Source: Clostridiales bacterium (GTDB lineage Bacteria > Bacillota > Clostridia > Christensenellales > Aristaeellaceae). From it: a stretch of DNA of 64,000 nucleotides. The translations under genes were made by a program, and so were the position numbers. Below, piece by piece: positions 56,251 to 64,000 of this stretch. The stretch's first letter is position 1, and each line of letters begins with the position of its first letter. The stretch lies in NCBI GenBank assembly GCA_015056205.1, contig SVGS01000016.1:2174-66173 (forward strand). Direction: 5' to 3'. The notes under the pieces were generated by a model that saw only the letters and a program-made list of their open reading frames with translations, had not been told where the DNA came from and made no database searches.

Positions 56251-56289
56251 CAAAGAAAAAGCGGAGAAGGCGCCTTTTCCCTTCTCCGC
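56251..56289 (-). terminator. Rho-independent terminator
   Basis: A 10-bp stem, gcggagaagg (56261-70) with ccttctccgc (56280-89). On the minus strand it is followed by UUUUUCUUUG. Confidence 0.8.
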
Positions 56290-56321
56290 TCCGCCGGCAG
56301 GCCGGCAGAATTTTTATTCGC

Positions 56322-58010
56322 TTAATGCGTCGTATAGTATTTTTCGCCCGTTTTCATCAGATACCGGTGCGCCGCCGCGCAGCCGGCCGCCAGCAGCACC
56401 GCCATCACGGCAAAGTAAGTCCATCCGTTTACGGAAAACTTGTCGATCAGCAGGTAGCTGATGCCTCCCAGCAGCACCAGGATGCCCAGGGACAGCAGCA
56501 TTCCCATCAGCACGCCCGTGTTCTGCTTCACCGCCTCCTGCTCCGTAACCCAGTTCAGTTTCGGCTTTTTCACGTCTCTCGCGAGGGAAAGGCAGCAGGT
56601 GATATAGGTGAACAGAACGCACAGCAGGCAGGCCAGCACGGCCTCCAGCGCGATCGGGGTAAACAGGACGACCAGGGCGATCCCCGTGGCCAGAATCCCG
56701 ATCAGGGTCAGTCCGTATCCGACCAGCAGCTTGGACAGGAGATGCGTCCTCACGGGAACCGGCAGGGACAGCATCAGATCGTGTCCTTTGCCCTCCCGGG
56801 TCACCGCGGTGGATAAAGCGGGATTCAGATCCGCCACGAATCCGACATAGACCGCGACCACGGCGATGGTCAGAGGCATCGGAAGATGCTGCAGCAGCAC
56901 CTGGATGCTCTCGCTGTTATCCCCCATGTGCCGGCCGATAAACAAGCCCATCATAACCACCATCAAGGCGGGCATCAGGCAGACCGGCAGGATATTCGTC
57001 GCGTAAGCGGGAACCCGGAGAATCTGGCGGATTTCCCGCGTCATCAGGGCCGTCAGGCTGCCGCCGCCGGAGTGGGCAAACGCGTCTTTCTGAATGCCTT
57101 TTTTCCCGGAAGCCGCCGGCGCCTCCGCCTGAATCAGGGAAAGCGCGCGATAGCGGAAGCCCAGCAGGTACACCAGCAGCGCGATAACGCCCAGGTTGGC
57201 CGCCGCGAAAAGCAGCAGCTGTCCCCAGTCGCCCAGCATGCCCCGGGTTCCCCAGCCCGCCGGCGGAAAGATGTTGGCAAAGCCCTGAATCCGGGCGGAA
57301 TTGGAGGTGATCAGATTCGCCAGCATATCTCCGCCGGAACCGGTATTCCCCGTCAGACTGCCGAAGGACATGGAAACATAGAAATAAGCAACCATCAGGC
57401 CCAGGCCGCCCACCGTCATGATCGCCTCGCGGTGCCTGAGCAGCGCGGAAGCTCTCACCAGCAGCGTGGCCAGCATCGCGCCGATACTGACCGGAATCAT
57501 CGGCGCAAAGAGCCATACGATCACCATCCGGACATAGAACAGCGCGTCCTGCCCCGTTCTGACGCCGAAAAGAATGCAGGCCGGCAGCAGAATCAGGGCG
57601 TTAATCGCCAGCTCCGTCAGCAGGATCTGGGTCATTTTGGCCGCCAGAACCACGTGGGACCGGACCGGCAGGGAGGCCGTAAACACCGCGTCCCGCCCCA
57701 GATACAGAGAGCTCATCACGGAGAAGAAGGACAGGATCAGCGTACCCACGGTGGAAATGCCCACCGCGGAAATCACCATCAGATCCGCCAGGCCCATCGG
57801 CGGCTGGCCCATGCGCAGCAAAAGATCAATCGCCTTGGTTTCCAGGAAAAACATCGCGCCGCCCAGATACAGCAGCAGGAAAACGTACAGAAAGGCTCTG
57901 CCGATGGAGCGCTTCCGCTCCTTCGGACCCAGGTTCTTCCAGTTCTTCGGCTTCAAATCGGAATAGCGGGAAAGCAGCTGCAATCTCAGCAGCGCCATGA
58001 ACTGCTTCAT
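56322..58010 (-). CDS. Putative ABC exporter permease (large polytopic protein)
   Basis: 562 aa, at least 10 TM. Overlaps the upstream ATPase stop by 4 nt. Confidence 0.8.
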   Translation of the reverse strand: MKQFMALLRLQLLSRYSDLKPKNWKNLGPKERKRSIGRAFLYVFLLLYLGGAMFFLETKAIDLLLRMGQPPMGLADLMVISAVGISTVGTLILSFFSVMSSLYLGRDAVFTASLPVRSHVVLAAKMTQILLTELAINALILLPACILFGVRTGQDALFYVRMVIVWLFAPMIPVSIGAMLATLLVRASALLRHREAIMTVGGLGLMVAYFYVSMSFGSLTGNTGSGGDMLANLITSNSARIQGFANIFPPAGWGTRGMLGDWGQLLLFAAANLGVIALLVYLLGFRYRALSLIQAEAPAASGKKGIQKDAFAHSGGGSLTALMTREIRQILRVPAYATNILPVCLMPALMVVMMGLFIGRHMGDNSESIQVLLQHLPMPLTIAVVAVYVGFVADLNPALSTAVTREGKGHDLMLSLPVPVRTHLLSKLLVGYGLTLIGILATGIALVVLFTPIALEAVLACLLCVLFTYITCCLSLARDVKKPKLNWVTEQEAVKQNTGVLMGMLLSLGILVLLGGISYLLIDKFSVNGWTYFAVMAVLLAAGCAAAHRYLMKTGEKYYTTH

Positions 58011-58759
58011 TTCGCCTCGCCTCCGTGACCGTCCTCATCCATATCCGTCAGCTCGAGGAACAGATCCTCCAGGCTGGCGCCCACTTCGCCGGACCGCAGC
58101 TCATCCAGGGTTCCCAGCGCCTTCAGGCCGCCCTCGGAAATAATACCGATCCGGGTGCAGAGCTTTTCCGCCACCTCCAGCACATGGGTGGAGAAGAACA
58201 CGGTATTTCCCTCCCGGCAGTGGCGCTGCATTTCCTCCTTCAGCAGGTGAGCCGCCCGGGGATCCAGGCCGCCCAGCGGCTCGTCCAGAATCCACACCGG
58301 CGGATGATGAATCAGCGCGCCCATCACCAGCAGCTTCTGCTTCATGCCCCTGGAATAGGAACGGATCTGGTTGTTGATCGCGTCCTCCAGGGAGAACAGA
58401 TCCAGATATTTCTCGATATGCGCCTTGCGGTGCGCGGTATCCACCTGATAGATATCCCCCATGAAGTTCAGATACTCCATTCCGGTCAGCCGGTCATACA
58501 GATCGTTCCCGTCCGGCACAAAGCCGATCTGCCGCTGCGCCGCCAGCCGGTCCCGATCCATCCGGTGCCCGGCGATGGTCACAGTCCCCTGATCCGGGTT
58601 CAGAATCCCTGTCATCAGCTTGATGGTGGTCGTCTTGCCGGCGCCGTTCGGCCCGATAAAACCGAAAAGCTCTCCGCCCTCCACATGAAGGGTCAGATCA
58701 TCCACCGCCTTTTTATTTCCCTTCGTATAGACTTTTGTCACCCTGTCCAACTGAATCAT
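58007..58759 (-). CDS. ABC transporter ATP-binding protein
   Basis: Walker A GPNGAGKTT, signature YSRGMKQK, Walker B WILDEPLGGLD. AAAGGAGA RBS before ATG 58759. Confidence 0.92.
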   Translation of the reverse strand: MIQLDRVTKVYTKGNKKAVDDLTLHVEGGELFGFIGPNGAGKTTTIKLMTGILNPDQGTVTIAGHRMDRDRLAAQRQIGFVPDGNDLYDRLTGMEYLNFMGDIYQVDTAHRKAHIEKYLDLFSLEDAINNQIRSYSRGMKQKLLVMGALIHHPPVWILDEPLGGLDPRAAHLLKEEMQRHCREGNTVFFSTHVLEVAEKLCTRIGIISEGGLKALGTLDELRSGEVGASLEDLFLELTDMDEDGHGGEAK

Positions 58760-58860
58760 TGTTCCCTGTCTCCTTTTCAGCGTCTGAGGTTTTCCGCGGA
58801 TTGTCTTCCGGATAACGGGGTCATCATAGCATAGATGACCGTACAAATAAAGCTGTTTCG

Positions 58861-58895
58861 AAGAAAAATAGCACTGCTTATTTGGCGGTGCTATT
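58861..58895 (-). terminator. Terminator hairpin after gyrA
   Basis: Stem aatagcac (58867-74) pairs with gtgctatt (58888-95). On the minus strand it is followed by UUUUUCUU. Confidence 0.6.
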
Positions 58896-58909
58896 CTTCC
58901 GGATTCTGT

Positions 58910-61504
58910 TTATTCCAGGGAATCCTCTCCGTTTTCCGGCGGCGTGTCTTCGCCGGCTTCCTTCTCTTCGCCGGCTTCCTTCTCTTCGCCGGCGGCTTCC
59001 ACCGTCTCCGGCGCTTCTCCGGCCTCCGTCCGGTTCTCCTCTGTCCCGTTTTCTTCCGTCCGGGTCTCCTCCCCGGGGTCTTCCTCTTCCTTTTCGGCCC
59101 GGCAGACGCCCACGACGGTGCTGCCTTCGCTCAGCCTCATGATGCGCACGCCCTGCGTGGCCCGCCCGCACAGGCGGATATCCGAAGCCCGGCTGCGGAT
59201 GATGGTTCCGTCGTCCGTGATCAGGAGAATATCCTCGTCCTCATGGACAAACATCAGAGCTGCCAGATCACCGGTCTTATCCGTCAGATTCATGGCCTTG
59301 ATTCCCAGGCCGCCCCGTCCCTGCTCCCGGTATTCCTCCGGATCCGTCCGTTTTCCGTAACCCAGGGTGGTCACCGCGAGCACCGTGGTGTCCGGCTCCA
59401 CCGCCGCGATATCGATAACCTCATCGTCCTCATTGAGCCGCATGCTGCGAACACCGATGGAGTTCCGGCCCACGTTCCGGACATGGCGCTCATTGAAGCG
59501 GATCGCCTTTCCCTTCCGGGTGGACACCAGCATCTCGTCGTCTCCGGTGCTCAGCCGGACGCCGATCAGCTCGTCTCCCTCCCGCAGCACGATCGCGATC
59601 AGGCCGTTCTTCCGCAGATTCCGGAATTCCTCCAGCGCGGTCTTCTTGATCATGGCGTTCCGGGTAGCCATCACCAGATTGTATTCCTGCTCTGTCTCGC
59701 GGGGCATGGGCAACATCGTGCTGACCTTTTCCCCGCCGGCGATCTGCAGCAGGTTGATAATCGCGGTTCCCCGGGCCTGCCGGCCCGCTTCGGGAATCTG
59801 GTAGCACTTCAGGCTGTACACCCGGCCGAGATTAGTGAAGAACATGATCTCCTGGTGGGTGCTGACCACAAAGAGCTGGGTCGTATAGTCCGTATCCTTC
59901 ACGTTCATGCCGCTGACGCCCCGGCCGCCGCGGTGCTGCGCCCGGTATACGCTGCTGGGCACCCGCTTGACATAGCCGTCATGGGTCAGCGTGACCACCA
60001 TATTTTCTTCCTGAATCAGATCCTCGACGTCGATCTCGCCCTCGATCACCGTCAGCTCGCTGCGGCGCTCGTCCGCGAACTTGTCCCGGATCGCGGTAAT
60101 CTCCGTCTTGATCACATCCATCAGCAGATGCTCATCCGCCAGGATCGCGGTCAGGCGGGCGATGGTTTTCTCCAGCTCCTGATATTCCTCCATCAGGCGC
60201 TCCCGCTCCAGACCGGTCAGGCGGGCCAGGCGCATATCCAGAATCGCCTGGGCCTGCTTATCCGTAAAGGCGAAGCGGCCGATCAGCGCTTCCTTGGCCG
60301 ACGCCGTATCCTTGCTGGCCCGGATGATGGCCACGATTTCATCGATATGATCCAGCGCCTTCAGGAGGCCTTCCAGAATATGAGCCCGGGCATTGGCCTT
60401 GTCCAGCTCGAAGCGGGTCCTCCGGGTCACGACATCCTTCTGGTGTTCCAGATAATAATAGATCATCTCCCGCAGGTTCAGCACCCTGGGCTTGCCGTCC
60501 ACCAGGGCCAGCATATTGGCGCCGAAGTTCTCCTGCAGGCTGGTATGCTTATACAGATAGTTCAGCACCACCTGGGGATAGACGTCCTTCTTCAGCTCGA
60601 TGACGATCCGCATGCCGTTCCGGTCGCTCTCGTCGCGGACGTCGCTGATCCCCTCCAGCTGCTTGTCCCGCACCAGGTCGGCGATCTTCTCCACCAGCTT
60701 GGCCTTGTTCACCATATAGGGGATTTCCGTCACCACAATCCGGCTGCGGTTGCTGGACATTTCCTCGATATTGGTCCGGCTGCGCACGGTGATTTTTCCG
60801 TGGCCGGTATAATAGGTCTCCCGGATTCCCGCGCGGCCCAGAATCAGCCCTCCGGTGGGGAAATCCGGCCCCTTGATATGCTGCATCAGATCCTCAATGG
60901 AACAGTCCGGATTGTCGATCATGCAGACGACGCCGTTGATTACCTCCGCCAGATTGTGCGGCGGGATATTGGTCGCCATTCCGACGGCGATGCCGTTGGA
61001 GCCGTTGACCAGCAGGTTCGGGAAGCGGGAGGGAAGCACCGCCGGCTGCTGCAGGGTTTCATCGAAGTTCGGATAGAAATCCACCGTATCCTTTTCGATG
61101 CCTTCCAGCATGTGCATGGTCAGCTTCTGCATCCGGGCTTCCGTATACCGCATGGCGGCCGCGCCGTCTCCGTCCACGCTGCCGTAGTTGCCCTGGCCTT
61201 CCACCAGCGGATAGCGGATGTTGAAGGGCTGCGCCAGACGAACCATGGCGTCATACACGGAGCTGTCTCCGTGGGGATGATATTTACCCAGCACGTCGCC
61301 CACCAGGCGGGCGCTCTTGCGGAAGGGCTTGTCCGGCGTCATGCCCAGCTCGTTCATATCGTACAGAATCCGGCGGTGTACCGGCTTCAGTCCGTCCCGC
61401 ACGTCCGGCAGGGCCCGGTCAATGATGACCGCCATTGCGTAGGAGATAAAGCTCTTCTTCATCTCCTGTTCCAGATTTACCGGGATCAGTTTATCCTGAA
61501 TCAT
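58910..61504 (-). CDS. gyrA: DNA gyrase subunit A
   Basis: 864 aa with [31 protein letters not shown] and [11 protein letters not shown]. It has beta-pinwheel CTD repeats and an acidic tail of about 60 aa. Confidence 0.98.
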   Translation of the reverse strand: MIQDKLIPVNLEQEMKKSFISYAMAVIIDRALPDVRDGLKPVHRRILYDMNELGMTPDKPFRKSARLVGDVLGKYHPHGDSSVYDAMVRLAQPFNIRYPLVEGQGNYGSVDGDGAAAMRYTEARMQKLTMHMLEGIEKDTVDFYPNFDETLQQPAVLPSRFPNLLVNGSNGIAVGMATNIPPHNLAEVINGVVCMIDNPDCSIEDLMQHIKGPDFPTGGLILGRAGIRETYYTGHGKITVRSRTNIEEMSSNRSRIVVTEIPYMVNKAKLVEKIADLVRDKQLEGISDVRDESDRNGMRIVIELKKDVYPQVVLNYLYKHTSLQENFGANMLALVDGKPRVLNLREMIYYYLEHQKDVVTRRTRFELDKANARAHILEGLLKALDHIDEIVAIIRASKDTASAKEALIGRFAFTDKQAQAILDMRLARLTGLERERLMEEYQELEKTIARLTAILADEHLLMDVIKTEITAIRDKFADERRSELTVIEGEIDVEDLIQEENMVVTLTHDGYVKRVPSSVYRAQHRGGRGVSGMNVKDTDYTTQLFVVSTHQEIMFFTNLGRVYSLKCYQIPEAGRQARGTAIINLLQIAGGEKVSTMLPMPRETEQEYNLVMATRNAMIKKTALEEFRNLRKNGLIAIVLREGDELIGVRLSTGDDEMLVSTRKGKAIRFNERHVRNVGRNSIGVRSMRLNEDDEVIDIAAVEPDTTVLAVTTLGYGKRTDPEEYREQGRGGLGIKAMNLTDKTGDLAALMFVHEDEDILLITDDGTIIRSRASDIRLCGRATQGVRIMRLSEGSTVVGVCRAEKEEEDPGEETRTEENGTEENRTEAGEAPETVEAAGEEKEAGEEKEAGEDTPPENGEDSLE
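58948..59000. repeat. 18-bp tandem repeat (about 2.9 copies) inside the gyrA acidic tail
   Basis: cttcgccggcttccttct at 58948-58965 and 58966-58983, then a diverged partial copy. It encodes (EEKEAG)n. Confidence 0.85.
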
Positions 61505-61514
61505 AATCTACCTC

Positions 61515-63533
<2,019 letters not shown>

Positions 63534-63576
63534 TCAATCCCGGAACCCCTTGAAAAATCAAATACTCAACCGATTT

Positions 63577-63605
63577 ATTATACCACTTTTTGTCCATTTT
63601 GGAAA
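63577..63605 (-). promoter_or_regulatory. Extended -10 promoter upstream of gyrB
   Basis: On the minus strand: TTTCCA (63600-05), 17-nt spacer, TGgTATAAT (-10 at 63577-82), about 90 nt upstream of the gyrB start. Confidence 0.55.
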
Positions 63606-63721
63606 GGTTTTTCTTGCCCTTCCGCCCTGTCCGGACGCCTCTCCGGCCTTCGTTTTTCCTTCCGAAAAAAAGCCGCCCCGGGGTTTTCCCCCCGGAGCGG
63701 CAGCTGGTCGCGCGTACCCGC

Positions 63722-64000
63722 TCAGAACTCGAATTCATCCTCCGCTTCTTCCGGCTCCTCCGGCACGTAGTCGCTCAGATAGGCTTCCGTGATCACCGTG
63801 GACCAGGAGGAAGTCGTCGTGGGATGATAGTTGCGCAGCGCCTGAATGTGGAAGTCGAGGTAGGCGTTGCTGTAAAGCGGAATCTCGGAGGCAATCGCCG
63901 TCCGGTATTCCTGCATGGCAATCCATTTCCGGCAGTAGCCGACCGTGTCTCCGGGCTCCGTCTGCCGCAGATCCCGGCACAGGGCGGCCAGCTGCGCGTC
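63722..64000 (-). CDS. 3' part of a CDS that starts right of the window (unknown product, acidic C-terminus)
   Basis: The frame stays open upstream of the track's Met to the window edge (...DAQLAALCRDLRQTEPGDTVGYCRKWIAMQEYRT...YVPEEPEEAEDEFEF*). Confidence 0.5.
   Translation of the reverse strand, partial: DAQLAALCRDLRQTEPGDTVGYCRKWIAMQEYRTAIASEIPLYSNAYLDFHIQALRNYHPTTTSSWSTVITEAYLSDYVPEEPEEAEDEFEF

Overview
This is a 64-kb window of a high-GC, Clostridia-like chromosome; that taxonomic placement is inferred from gene content only. It reads as ordinary chromosome, not a mobile element. By eye I found no rRNA, tRNA, CRISPR array, transposase, integrase or phage genes.

The right end carries gyrB-gyrA on the minus strand. 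The rest is about 50 genes:
- Carbohydrate use: a GH2 enzyme, a 1200-aa protein ending in a GH43 domain, an MFS transporter, and an LplABC-type sugar ABC locus with two binding proteins and a membrane AraC regulator.
- Transport: two MATE transporters, four ABC systems including a MacB type with two adaptors, an MscS channel and a K+ channel.
- Signalling: a PP2C/GHKL kinase/STAS partner-switching set, and a LytS-type kinase with a response regulator and a stand-alone Hpt protein.
- Singletons: a PTP-like phytase, an S41-like peptidase, a pRiA4b-ORF3-like protein and an alpha/beta hydrolase.

The most unusual items are:
1. A promoter-to-terminator seven-gene operon (19.8-26.6 kb). It combines a sigma-less partner-switching module (phosphatase, kinase, two STAS proteins) with a MATE transporter carrying a degenerate kinase-like C-terminal domain, plus a HAD phosphatase and an FGGY kinase.
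2. A compact Rrf2 / flavin-ferredoxin / macrodomain / class-M sirtuin operon (0.4-3.4 kb) that lacks the GcvH-L and LplA2 partners described for SirTM systems.
3. A RecD2 helicase fused to a C-terminal DEDDh exonuclease.

All calls rest on reading the translations, motifs and hairpins by hand; no searches were run. Many long ORFs antisense to real genes are high-GC shadow ORFs and were rejected.
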